Assembly (NCBI GenBank): GCA_030390025.1
Contig: JASTWF010000035.1
Span: forward strand, 2,108,001 to 2,172,000
Length of the DNA stretch: 64,000 bases
Direction of reading: 5' to 3'
From: Squalus acanthias
Taxonomy: Eukaryota
Shown: in pieces, positions 1 to 12,818 of the stretch
Numbering within the stretch: position 1 is the stretch's first letter
Layout: every line of letters begins with the position of its first letter
The notes under the pieces: generated by a model
Seen by the model: the letters and a program-made list of their open reading frames with translations, nothing else
Databases searched by the model: none
What the model was told of the DNA's origin: nothing
Program-made: the position numbers and the translations under genes

Positions 1-3000
1 GAGGGTTTTAAATTTTTGAGGCATTGGGACCAGTTTTGTGGTAGGTGTGACCTATACAAAAGGGACGGTCTACACCTGTGCAAAGATGGAACTGAGGTTC
101 TCGGGGTAAATTTTGATAAAGCAGTTCGGGAGCATTTAAACTAGTATGGCAGGGGGCTAGAAACCCATGTAGTGAAATAGAGGAAAGTGAAAGGCAGACA
201 GAAATAAATGGTAAAAAGGAGAGGAACAAAAAACAAAGGGCCAAACTAATTCATAAAAAATGTGAGCATAAAAAAAGCCTGAGGGTTTTATACCTTAATG
301 CGAGAAGCATCAGGAACAAGGTAGATGAATTAGCTGTGGAAATAGAGGTTAATAATTATGATCTAATTGGGATTACGGAAACATGGTTGCAGGGTGAGCA
401 GGGCTGGGAGCTTAACATACAGGGGTATTCAGTATTTAGGAAGGATCGACAAAAAAGAAAGGGAGGAGGGGTAGCATTGCTGGTAAAAGAGGGGATAAAT
501 GCAATTGAAAGGAAGGATATTAACTCAGTTAATACAGAATCTATATGGGTGGAGCTAAGAAATAGCGAGGGGCGAAAAACATTAATAGGAGTGGTATATA
601 GGCCTCCAAATAGTAAAATAGAGGTTGGGGAGGGCATCACGAGGGAAATTAGAGAAGCGTGCAATAAGAGCACAGCTGTCATCATAGGTGACTTTAACTT
701 ACATATAGATTGGACTAGCCTAATCAGTAAAAATAATGAGGAGGAGGAATTCCTTGAGTGTTTAAGGGATGGTTATCTGGATCAATATGTCGAGGAACCA
801 ACTCGGGAACAGGCTATATTGGACTGGGTACTGTGCAATGAGAAGGGACTAATTAGTAATCTTGTTGTACGGGGACCCTTGGGTCAGAGCGATCATAACA
901 TGATCGATTTCTCACTCGAAATGGAGAGCGAAGAAATTGACTCAGAGACTCAGGTCCTGAATTTAAACAAGGGGAATTATGATGCCATTAGACGGGAACT
1001 GAGTAGGTCTGATTGGACAACGTTCCTGGGAGGACTGGAGGTAGATAAACAATGGCAAGCATTTAAAGATAGAATGACAAAATTGCAAAAATTGTTTATA
1101 CCAATCTGGCATAAAAGGAAATCTAAAAAGGTGACTCAACCGTGGATAACAGGGGAAATTAGAGACAGCATAAAATCCAAAGATAGGGCGTATAAAATAG
1201 CCAAAAAACGCGCCAGAGCGGAAGATTGGGAACAGTTTAAGATAGAGCAAAGGAGGGCAAAGGGCTTAATCAAGAAGGGCAAAATAGCTTACGAAAGCAA
1301 GCTGGCGGAAAATATAAAAACTAACTCCAAAAGCTTTTATAAGTATATCAAGAGGAAAAGACTGGTGAAAACCAAAGTTGGTCCATTGCAGTCAGATACG
1401 GGGGAATATATAATGGGAAATAAGGAAATGGCAGACCAACTAAATGCATACTTTGGGTCAGTCTTTACGAAGGAAGACACAAAAAACCTCCCTGGGATAT
1501 CGGGAAAAATAGGGACATTGGCAAAGGAGGAACTGACGCAAATCAATATCTCTAAGGATATGGTGTTAAGGAAGCTAAAGGGATTGAAGGCGGACAAATC
1601 CCCAGGGCCTGATAACATGCATCCTAGGGTACTGAAGGAGGTGGCCCTAGAGATAGCGGATGCACTAAGCATGATTTTTCAGAATTCATTAGACTCGGGA
1701 ACAGTGCCCATGGATTGGAGGGTAGCTAACGTAACCCCACTATTCAAAAAGGGGGGTAGGGAAAAAGCAGGTAATTACAGACCTGTAAGCCTTACATCAG
1801 TTGTGGGCAAAATGCTGGAGTCCATCATTAAGGATGAAATAGCCGAGCACTTAGCAAATGGGGACAGGATAGGACAGAGTCAACATGGACTTACAAAGGG
1901 TAAATCGTGCTTGACTAATCTATTGGAATTTTTTGAGGGAGTAACTGGTAAAATAGATGGGGGAGAGCCAGTAGATGTGGTGTACCTGGACTTCCAAAAG
2001 GCCTTCGATAAGGTCCCACATAAAAGATTAGCATGGAAAATTGAAGCTCATGGGATAAAGGGGAAAGTATTGACGTGGATAGAGAACTGGCTGTCAGATA
2101 GAAAACAGAGAGTTGGAATAAACGGCTCATTTTCTGAATGGCAGGCAGTAACAAGTGGGGTACCACAGGGATCTGTCCTGGGTCCCCAGCTGTTCACAAT
2201 TTATATTAATGACCTGGATCAGGGAGTCGAATGCAGCATTTCCAAATTTGCAGACGACACTAAACTAGGAGGGGGGGTGGGCTCAGAGGAGGAGACCAGG
2301 AAGCTCCAGAGCGATTTGGACAGACTGGGTGATTGGGCGGATAAATGGCAGATGCACTATAATGTGGACAAGTGCGAAGTTATCCACCTTGGGTGCAGGA
2401 ACGGGAGGGCAAATTATTATTTAAATGGCAATAAATTGGGAGAGGGGGAAGTACAGAGAGACCTGGGTGTTCTTGTACACCAGTCACTGAAGGCGAGCAT
2501 GCAGGTGCAACAGGCGGTCAAGAAGGCAAACGGTATGCTGGCCTTCATAGCAAAAGGGTTGGAATACAGGAACAGGGATACCTTGCTGCAGCTGTACAGG
2601 GCACTGGTGAGACCACACCTCGAGTACTGTGTACAGTTTTGGTCGCCTCATCTGAGGAAAGATGTTCTTGCCATGGAGGGGGTGCAGCGGCGATTCACCA
2701 GGCTGATACCAGGAATGGCGGGATTGACCTATGAGGAGAGACTATGTAGTTTAGGGATGTACACACTGGAGTTTAGAAGATTGAGAGGGGACCTCATAGA
2801 AGTGTATAAAATTCTGACAGGTCTAGACAGATTAGATGCAGAAGGAATGTTTCCCTTGGCGGGTGAGAACAGAACTAGAGGACATAATTTAAGGATAAGG
2901 GCTAAACCATTTAGGACAGAAATGAGGGGGAATTTCTTCACTCAGAGAGTGGTGAACCTGTGGAACTCATTGCCACAGAGGGCAGTGTACGCCAGCTCAT

Positions 3001-3186
3001 TAAATATATTTAAGAGGGAATTAGATATATTTCTACAGGCAAAAGGGGTTAAGGGTTACGGAGAGAAGGCGGGGACGGGATACTGAATTGAAGGATCAGC
3101 CATGATCTCATTAAATGGCGGAGCAGGCTCGAAGGGCCGGATGGCCTACTCCTGCTCCTATCTTCTATGTATCTATGTATCTATGT
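1..3186 (+). mobile_element. CR1 LINE (3' end of ORF1, complete ORF2, 3' tail); continues left of the window
   Basis: ORF1 esterase end (...DGLHL...EHLN*, stop 142-144), ORF2, 3' stem-loop and (tctatgta)n tail. Confidence 0.95.
135..3086 (+). CDS. CR1 ORF2, APE endonuclease + reverse transcriptase, uninterrupted
   Basis: Frame is open from the ORF1 junction (TTT AAA CTA GTA TGG...) to the stop at 3084-3086. Motifs YLNARS, ITETW, GDFN, SDH, GVPQGS, FADD. Confidence 0.9.
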   Translation, partial: FKLVWQGARNPCSEIEESERQTEINGKKERNKKQRAKLIHKKCEHKKSLRVLYLNARSIRNKVDELAVEIEVNNYDLIGITETWLQGEQGWELNIQGYSVFRKDRQKRKGGGVALLVKEGINAIERKDINSVNTESIWVELRNSEGRKTLIGVVYRPPNSKIEVGEGITREIREACNKSTAVIIGDFNLHIDWTSLISKNNEEEEFLECLRDGYLDQYVEEPTREQAILDWVLCNEKGLISNLVVRGPLGQSDHNMIDFSLEMESEEIDSETQVLNLNKGNYDAIRRELSRSDWTTFLGGLEVDKQWQAFKDRMTKLQKLFIPIWHKRKSKKVTQPWITGEIRDSIKSKDRAYKIAKKRARAEDWEQFKIEQRRAKGLIKKGKIAYESKLAENIKTNSKSFYKYIKRKRLVKTKVGPLQSDTGEYIMGNKEMADQLNAYFGSVFTKEDTKNLPGISGKIGTLAKEELTQINISKDMVLRKLKGLKADKSPGPDNMHPRVLKEVALEIADALSMIFQNSLDSGTVPMDWRVANVTPLFKKGGREKAGNYRPVSLTSVVGKMLESIIKDEIAEHLANGDRIGQSQHGLTKGKSCLTNLLEFFEGVTGKIDGGEPVDVVYLDFQKAFDKVPHKRLAWKIEAHGIKGKVLTWIENWLSDRKQRVGINGSFSEWQAVTSGVPQGSVLGPQLFTIYINDLDQGVECSISKFADDTKLGGGVGSEEETRKLQSDLDRLGDWADKWQMHYNVDKCEVIHLGCRNGRANYYLNGNKLGEGEVQRDLGVLVHQSLKASMQVQQAVKKANGMLAFIAKGLEYRNRDTLLQLYRALVRPHLEYCVQFWSPHLRKDVLAMEGVQRRFTRLIPGMAGLTYEERLCSLGMYTLEFRRLRGDLIEVYKILTGLDRLDAEGMFPLAGENRTRGHNLRIRAKPFRTEMRGNFFTQRVVNLWNSLPQRAVYASSLNIFKRELDIFLQAKGVKGYGEKAGTGY

Positions 3187-6100
3187 AACACCTCCCTCAC
3201 ACAGCGACATACCATCCAACACCCTCTCACACAGCGACATACCATCCAACACCTCAAACACACAGAGACATACCACCCACCACCTCCTTCACACAGTGAC
3301 ATACCATCCAACACCTCCCTCACACAGCGACATACCATCCAACACCTTCCTCACACAGCGACATACCATCCAACACCATCTCACACAGCGACATACCATC
3401 CAACACCCTCTCACACAGCGACATAACATCCAACACCTCCCTCACACAGCGACATACCACCCACCACCTCCCTCACACAGCAACATACCATCCAACACCT
3501 CCCTCACACAGCGACATACCACCCAAGACCTCCCTCACACAGCGACATACCACCCAACACCTCCCTCACACAGCGACATCCCATCCAACACCATCTCACA
3601 CAGCGACATACCACCCAACACCATCTCACACAGTGACATACCACCCAACACCATCTCACACAGCGACATACCATCCAACACCTCCCTCACACAGTGACAT
3701 ACCACCCAACACCATCTCACACAGCGACATACCATCCAACACCTCCCTCACACAGCGACATACCATCCAACACCTCCCTCACACAGCGACATACCATCCA
3801 ACACCATCTCACACAGCGACATACCATCCAACACCACCTCACACAGCGACATACCACCCAACACCATCTCACACAGCGACATACCATCCAACACCATCTC
3901 ACACAGCGACATACCATCCAACACCTCCCTCACACAGCGACATACCATCCAACACCATCTCACACAGGGACATACCATCCAACACCATCTCACACAGCGA
4001 CATACCATCCAACACCATCTCACACAGCGACATTCCATCCAACACCTCATTCACACAGCGACATAACATCCAACACCTCCCTCACACAGCGACATACCAC
4101 CCAACACCTCCCTCACACAGCGACATACCATCCAACACCTCCCTCACACAGCGACATACCACCCAACACCTCCCTCACACAGTGACATACCACCCAACAC
4201 CTCCCTCACACAGCGACGTACCATCCAACACCATCTCACACAGCAACATACCATCCAACACCTCCCTCACACAGCGACATACCATCCAACACCTCCCTCA
4301 CACAGCGACATACCATCCAACACCTCCCTCACACAGCGACATACCACCCAACACCATCTCACACAGCGACATACCATCCAACACCTCCCTCACACAGCGA
4401 CATACCATCCAACACCTCCCTCACACAGCGATATACCATCCAACACCTCCCTCACACAGCGGCATACCATCCAACACCTCCCTCACACAGCGACATACCA
4501 TCCAACACCTCCCTCACACAGCGACATACCATCCAACACCATCTCACACAGCGACATACCATCCAACACCTCCCTCACACAGCGATATACCACCCAACAC
4601 CTCCCTCACACAGCGACATACCATCCAACACCTCCCTCACACAGCGACATACCATCCAACACCTCCCTCACACAGTGACATACCACCCAACACCATCTCA
4701 CACAGCGACATACCATCCAACACCTCCCTCACACAGCGACATACCATCCAACACCTCCCTCACACAGTGACATACCATCCAACACCATCTCACACAGCGA
4801 CATACCATCCAACACCATCTCACACAGCGACATACCATCCAACACTATCTCACACAGCGACATACCATCCAACACCATCTCACACAGCGACATACCACCC
4901 AACACCATCTCACACAGTGACATACCATCCAACACCATCTCACACAGCGACATACCATCCAACACCATCTCACACAGCGACATACCATCCAACACCTCCC
5001 TCACACAGCGACATACCATCCAACACCTCCCTCACACAGCAACATACCATCCAACACCATCTCACACAGCGACATACCATCCAACACCATCTCACACAGC
5101 GACATACCATCCAACACCATCTCACACAGCGACATACCATCCAACACCTCCCTCACACAGCGACATACCATCCAACACCTCCCTCACACAGCGACATACC
5201 ATCCAACACCTCCCTCACACAGCGACATACCACCCAACACCATCTCACACAGCAACATACCACCCAACACCATCTCACACAGCAACATACCACCCAACAC
5301 CATCTCACACAGCGACATGCCACCCAACACCATCTCACACAGCAACATACCACCCAACACCTCCCTCACACAGCGACATACCACCCAACACCTCCCTCAC
5401 ACAGCGACATACCATCCAACACCTCCCTCACACAGCGGCATACCATCCAACACCTCCCTCACACAGCGGCATACCATCCAACACCTCCCTCACACAGCGA
5501 CATACCATCCAACACCTCCCTCACACAGCGACGTACCACCCAACACCTCCCTCACACAGCGACATACCACCCAACACCTCCCTCACACAGCGACATACCA
5601 CCCAACACCATCTCACACAGTGACATACCATCCAACACCATCTCACACAGCGACATACCATCCAACACCTCCCTCACACAGCGACGTACCACCCAACACC
5701 TCCCTCACACAGCGACATACCACCCAACACCTCCCTCACACAGCGACATACCACCCAACACCATCTCACACAGCGACATACCATCCAACACCATCTCACA
5801 CAGTGACATACCACCCAACACCTCCCTCACACAGCGACATACCACCCAACACCTCCCTCACACAGCGACATACCACCCAACACCATCTCACACAGCGACA
5901 TACCATCCAACACCTCCCTCACACAGCGACATACCACCCAACACCTCCCTCACACAGCGACATACCACCCAACACCATCTCACACAGCGACATACCACCC
6001 AACACCATCTCACACAGCGACATACCATCCAACACCATCTCACACAGCGACATACCATCCAACACCTCCCTCACACAGCGACGTACCACCCAACACCTCC

Positions 6101-9100
6101 CTCACACAGCGACATACCATCCAACACCATCTCACACAGCGACATACCACCCAACACCATCTCACACAGCGACATACCATCCAACACCTCCCTCACACAG
6201 CGACGTACCACCCAACACCTCCCTCACACAGCGACATACCATCCAACACCATCTCACACAGCGACATACCATCCAACACCTCCCTCACACAGCGACATAC
6301 CACCCAACACCATCTCACACAGCGACATACCATCCAACACCATCTCACACAGCGACATACCATCCAACACCATCTCACACAGTGACATACCACCCAACAC
6401 CTCCGTCACACAGCGACGCACCACCCAACACCATCTCACCCAGCGACATACCACCCAACACCATCTCACACAGCGACATACCATCCAACACCATCTCACA
6501 CAGCGACATACCATCCAACACCATCTCACACAGTGACATACCACCCAACACCTCCGTCACACAGCGACGCACCACCCAACACCATCTCACCCAGCGACAT
6601 ACCACCCAACACCATCTCACACAGCGACATACCACCCAACACCATCTCACACAGCGACATACCATCCAACACCATCTCACACAGCGACATACCATCCAAC
6701 ACCATCTCACACAGCGACATACCATCCAACACCTCCCTCACACAGCGACATACCATCCAACACCATCTCACACAGCGACATACCACCCAACACCATCTCA
6801 CACAGCGACATACCACCCAACACCATCTCACACAGCGACATACCATCCAACACCTCCCTCACACAGCGACATACCACCCAACACCATCTCACACAGCGAC
6901 ATACCACCCAACACCATCTCACACAGCAACATACCACCCAACACCATCTCACACAGCGACATACCATCCAACACCATCTCACACAGCGACATACCACCCA
7001 ACACCTCCCTCACACAGTGACATACCATCCAACACCATCTCACACAGCGACATACCACCCAACACCTCCCTCACACAGCGACATACAACCCAACACCTCC
7101 CTCACACAGCGACATACCATTCAACACCATCTCACACAGCGACATACCATTCAACACCATCTCACACAGCGACATACCACCCAACACCTCCCTCACACAG
7201 CGACATACCATCCAACACCATCTCACACAGCGACATACCATCCAACACCATCTCACACAGCGACATACCATCCAACACCATCTCACACAGCGACATACCA
7301 TTCAACACCATCTCACACAGCGACATACCACCCAACACCTCCCTCACACAGCGACATACAACCCAACACCTCCCTCACACAGCGACATACCATTCAACAC
7401 CATCTCACACAGCGACATACCACCCAACACCATCTCACACAGCGACATACCACCCAACGCCATCTCACACAGCGACATACCACCCAACACCATCTCACAC
7501 AGCGACATACCATCCAACACCTCCTTCACACAGCGACATACCACCCAACACCATCTCACACAGCAACATACCACCCAACACCTCCCTCACACATTGACAT
7601 ACTACCCAACACCATCTCACACAGCGACATACCACCCAACACCTCCCTCACACAGTGACATACCACCCAACACCATCTCACACAGCAACATACCATCCAA
7701 CACCATCTCACACAGCGACATACCACCCAACACCATCTCACACAGCAACATACCACCCAACACCTCCCTCACACATTGACATACTACCCAACACCATCTC
7801 ACACAGCAACATACCACCCAACACCTCCCTCACACAGCAACATACCATCCAACACCATCTCACACAGCGACATACCACCCAACACCATCTCACACAGCGA
7901 CATACCATCCAACACCATCTCACACAGCGACATACCACCCAACACCATCTCACACAGCGACATACCATCCAACACCTCCCTCACACATTGACATACCACC
8001 CAACACCATCTCACACAGCGACATACCACCCAACTCCTCCCTCACACAGCGACATACCACCCAACACCTCCCTCACACATTGACATACTACCCAACACCA
8101 TCTCACACAGCGACATACCACCCAACACCATCTCACACAGCAACATACCACCCAACACCTCCCTCACACAGCGACATACCATCCAACACCTCCCTCACAC
8201 AGCGACATACCATCCAACACCTCCCTCACACAGCGACATACCACCCAACACCTCCCTCACACAGCGACATACCACCCAACACCATCTCACACAGCGACAT
8301 ACCATCCAACACCTCCCTCACACAGCGACATACCACCCAACACCATCTCACACAGCGACATACCATCCAACACCATCTCACACAGTGACATACCACCCAA
8401 CACCATCTCACACAGCGACATACCATCCAACACCTCCCTCACACAGCACCATACCACCCAACACCTCCCTCACACAGTGACATACCACCCAACACCTCCC
8501 TCACACAGCACCATACCACCCAACACCTCCCTCACACAGTGACATACTACCCAACACCATCTCACACAGCAACATACCACCCAACACCATCTCACACAGC
8601 AACATACCACCCAACTCCTCCCTCACACAGCAACATACCACCCAACACCTCCCTCACACAGCGACATACCACCCAACACCATCTCACACAGCGACATACC
8701 ACCCAACACCATCTCACACAGCGACATACCATCCAACACCTCCCTCACACAGCGACATACCATCCAACACCTCCCTCACACAGCGACATACCACCCAACA
8801 CCTCCCTCACACAGCGACATACCACCCAACACCATCTCACACAGCGACATACCATCCAACACCTCCCTCACACAGCGACATACCACCCAACACCTCCCTC
8901 ACACAGCGACATACCATCCAACACCTCCCTCACACAGCGACATACCATCCAACACCATCTCACACAGCGACATACCATCCAACACCATCTCACACAGCGA
9001 CATACCATCCAACACCTCCCTCACACAGCGACATACCATCCAACACCATCTCACACAGCGACATACCATCCAACACCATCTCACACAGCGACATACCACC

Positions 9101-10105
9101 CAACACCATCTCACACAGCGACATACCACCCAACACCTCCCTCACACAGCAACATACCACCCAACACCTCCCTCACACAGCGACATACCACCCAACACCA
9201 TCTCACACAGCGACATACCACCCAACACCTCCCTCACACGGCAACATACCACCCAACACCTCCCTCACACAGCAACATACCACCCAACACCTCCCTCACA
9301 CAGCAACATACCACCCAACACCTCCCTCACACAGCGACATACCATCCAACACCTCCCTCACACAGCGACATACCACCCAACACCATCTCACACAGCGACA
9401 TACCACCCAACACCTCCCTCACACAGCGACATACCACCCAACACCATCTCACACAGCGACATACCACCCAACACCATCTCACACAGCGACATACCATCCA
9501 ACACCATCTCACACAGCGACATACCATCCAACACCATCTCACACAGCGACATACCACCCAACACCATCTCACACAGCGACATACCACCCAACACCTCCCT
9601 CACACAGCAACATACCACCCAACACCTCCCTCACACAGCGACATACCATCCAACACCTCCCTCACACAGCGACATACCATCCAACACCATCTCACACAGC
9701 GACATACCACCCAACACCTCCCTCACACAGCGACATACCATCCAACACCATCTCACACAGCGACATACCATCCAACACCTCCCTCACACAGCGACATACC
9801 ATCCAACACCATCTCACACAGCGACATACCACCCAACACCTCCCTCACACAGCGACATACCATCCAACACCATCTCACACAGCGACATACCACCCAACAC
9901 CATCTCACACAGCAACATACCATCCAACACCTCCCTCACACAGCGACATACCATCCAACACCTCCCTCACACAGCGACATACCATCCAACACCATCTCAC
10001 ACAGCGACATACCACCCAACACCTCCCTCACACAGCGACATACCATCCAACACCATCTCACACAGCGACATACCACCCAACACCATCTCACACAGCAACA
10101 TACCA
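3187..10105. repeat. ~6.9-kb minisatellite of interspersed 30/31-bp units
   Basis: Units ACACAGCGACATACCAYCCAACACCATCTC (30 bp) and ACACAGCGACATACCAYCCAACACCTCCCTC (31 bp) in tandem. Confidence 0.97.
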
Positions 10106-10465
10106 TTATCCTACACCGGTGGATGGTGTGTTAATCAAGCAGACTGCTTTGTCCTAGATAGTGTCGAGGTTCTTGTGTTTTTGAAGCTGCACGCATCCAG
10201 GCAAAGGAGCGTATTCCATCTCACTCCTGACATGCCTTGTAGGTGGTGAAGTTTTTCGGGAGTCGGAGTGTGAGCCACTTGCTGCAGAATCACTTGTCCC
10301 CGACTTGCTTTAGTAGCCACGGCATTTATGTGGTTGGGCCAGTTGAATTTCTGGTCAATAGTAACCCCCAGGTAGTTGATGGATGGGGATTGGCGGTGGT
10401 CATGCCATTGAATGTCAGGGGGAAATGCTTATGTTCTCTCTGTTTGGAGGTGGTCATCGTGTCGT
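10106..10465 (-). mobile_element. degraded fragment of the poly(A)-tailed CR1-group LINE family
   Basis: Similar to 58700-59040 (gcatccaggcaa..gagcgtattccatc; gccattgaatgtcagggg). Confidence 0.7.
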
Positions 10466-10479
10466 AAGGACAATACTTA

Positions 10480-10850
10480 TAGGATGGTAAATTGCCTGCA
10501 TATATTGAGGAAAGGTTAGAAGGGATAGTGAGGGAGGCAGGAGGAGAATCAGTGATGGTCGTCCATGTAGGACACAGAGAGAAACAATACAGATACCTTA
10601 AAAAGGCACAAACACAAGGATTGCCTCAAAATTCAAAGAAAGGGAATGCAAAGTACTGTAATGTTCTCTGGGATACACCCAGTGTTTGCTAGGAGGGACG
10701 GTCACCAAGACAATGGAGGATGTTACAAATGGTTAGCAACGTGGTGTGAAAGCAACAATGCCACCTTCGTGAATAACAGGGAACATCATCGCAACAAAAA
10801 GGACTGGAAAATGAAGGGTGGTCTACACCTAAACCATAGGAACAAAGAGA
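10480..10850 (+). pseudogene. degraded LINE ORF1 SGNH-esterase remnant
   Basis: ERLEGIVREAGGESVMVVHVG...WLATWC...GGLHLN resembles CR1 ORF1 esterase motifs; frameshifted. Confidence 0.5.
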
Positions 10851-10885
10851 ACACTAACGCAACTATCAGGGATAGGTTTTCCCCA

Positions 10886-12060
10886 TCAGTCACACTCCTG
10901 ACCCTCCCCCAGTCACACTCCGGACCCTCCCCCAGTCACACTCCTGACCCTCCCCCAGTCACACTCCTGACCCTCCCCCAGTCACACTCCTGACCCTTCC
11001 CCACTCCTGACCCTCCCCCAGTCACACTACTGACCCTCCCCCGTCACACTCCGGACCCTCCCCCAGTCACACTCCTGACCCTCCCCCACTCACACTCCTG
11101 ACCCTGCCCCCAGTCACACTCCTGACCCTCCCCCAGTCACACTCCTGACCCTCCCTCACTCCTGACCCTCCCCCAGTCACACTCCTGACCCTCCCCAGTC
11201 ACACTCCTGACCCTCCCCCACTCACACTCCTGACCCTCCCCCCGTCACACTCCTGACCCTCCCCCAGTCACACTCCTGACCCTCCCCCAGTCACACTCCT
11301 GACCCTCCCCCGTCACACTCCTGACCCTCCCCCAGTCACACTCCTGACCCTCCCCCACTCACACTCCTGACCCTCCCCCAGTCACACTCCTGACCCTCCC
11401 CCAGTCACACTCCTGACCCTCCCCAGTCACACTCCTGACCCTCCCCCAGTCACACTCCGGACCCTCCCCCAGTCACACTCCTGACCCTCCCCCAGTCACA
11501 CTCCTGACCCTCCCCCACTCCTGACCCTCCCCCAGTCACCCTCCAGACCCTCCCCCAGTCACACTCCTGACCCTCCCCCATCCACACACCTGACCCTCCC
11601 CCGTCACACTCCTGACCCTCCCCCAGTCATACTCCTGACCCTCCCCCAGTCACACTCCTGACCCTCCCCCATCCACACACCTGACCCTCCCCCCGTCACA
11701 CTCCTGACCCTCCCCCAGTCATACTCCTGACCCTCCCCCAGTCATACTCCTGACCCTCCCCCAGTCACACTCCGGACCCTTCCCCAGTCACACTCCTGAC
11801 CCTCCCCCAGTCACACTCCGGACCCTCCCCCAGTCACACTCCTGACCCGACCCCAGTCACACTCCTGAACCTCCCCCGTCACACTCCTGACCCGACCCCA
11901 GTCACACTCCTGACCCTCCCCCAGTCACACTCCGGACCCTCCCCCAGTCACACTCCGGACCCAACCCCAGTCACACTCCTGACCCTCCCCCCGTCACACT
12001 CCTGACCCTCCCCCAGTCACACTCCTGACCCTCCCCCAGTCACACTCCTGACCCGACCCC
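10886..12060. repeat. 23-bp minisatellite
   Basis: Tandem AGTCACACTCCTGACCCTCCCCC. Confidence 0.96.
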
Positions 12061-12131
12061 CCGCCGCTCCCTTCAGGACCTGGCAGTCGGTGAAAACCCT
12101 CAGGTCTCATTTTTCCCCTGTTGATTCTTAC

Positions 12132-12282
12132 CTTGTACCGCCACTTTCCTGAGTTTCTGGAGATGTTGCACTCGGTTTACTCCCCTTGTTCCCTAGCATC
12201 CACGCGAGTAAGAAGCTTGCAATCGGCAGTGCCAAAGCTGGTGCCATGATTGCAGCGGTCAGAACAGTTAGATTAGGTTTAC
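12132..12282 (-). CDS. probable ADAM transmembrane exon
   Basis: Pyrimidine-rich acceptor ...ttcccctag|, donor AG|gtaaga. Phase-1 start matches the EGF exon. Encodes (G)KPNLTVLTAAIMAPALALPIASFLLAWMLGNKGSK... with a hydrophobic stretch, in non-repetitive sequence. Confidence 0.75.
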
Positions 12283-12818
12283 CTAGGGGAAGGAAGGAGA
12301 GATGGGTCAGACTGCAACACACCCAACTCTAGTGCCCATGCACCTGCTCAGCAAGTAATAAATATCCTTCCTGCGATTAGATAATGGAACCGCACACAAT
12401 GCTCCAAGGCTCAGGTCTGACCAGTGCTGTATACATCAACAGTACAGCCTCTTTAGATCGTTACCCTGTGTCACTCTAATGGAATCCACAAATTAATTTT
12501 CCTTTTTGAACTGCAGTGAAGTAGATATTGATCCACTATAGCCCTTTGATTTCTATTCCTAATCACACACTGTCCCGTTTAACACAAACTTTAACCCCTC
12601 GATCTCTCCCACAATCATCACACTGTCCAACTGTCCCATTTAATACAAATTATAACTCCGACATTACAACACCGACTACTCCAAAACTACTTCTTCGGCT
12701 GGAAAGCACGTGTGGAGGCCCTGAGGTTGTGAATGGTGCGATATGCTCTTTCTTTCTTCCTTAATATAATCCATAGATTTCTCTCCTGATCACACCCTGT
12801 CCCACTCATAACACACCA

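Noticed and set aside
356..2941. Recurrent minus-strand ORFs opposite CR1 ORF2 (also in other copies)
   Set aside because: Antisense shadows of the conserved RT frame.
3115..10134. Long His/Thr/Pro-rich ORFs (up to 967 aa) and their antisense ORFs
   Set aside because: Artefacts of a stop-poor 30/31-bp tandem repeat; all frames show the same periodic peptides.
3187..12060. CRISPR-like arrays
   Set aside because: No unique spacers, no cas genes, eukaryotic context.
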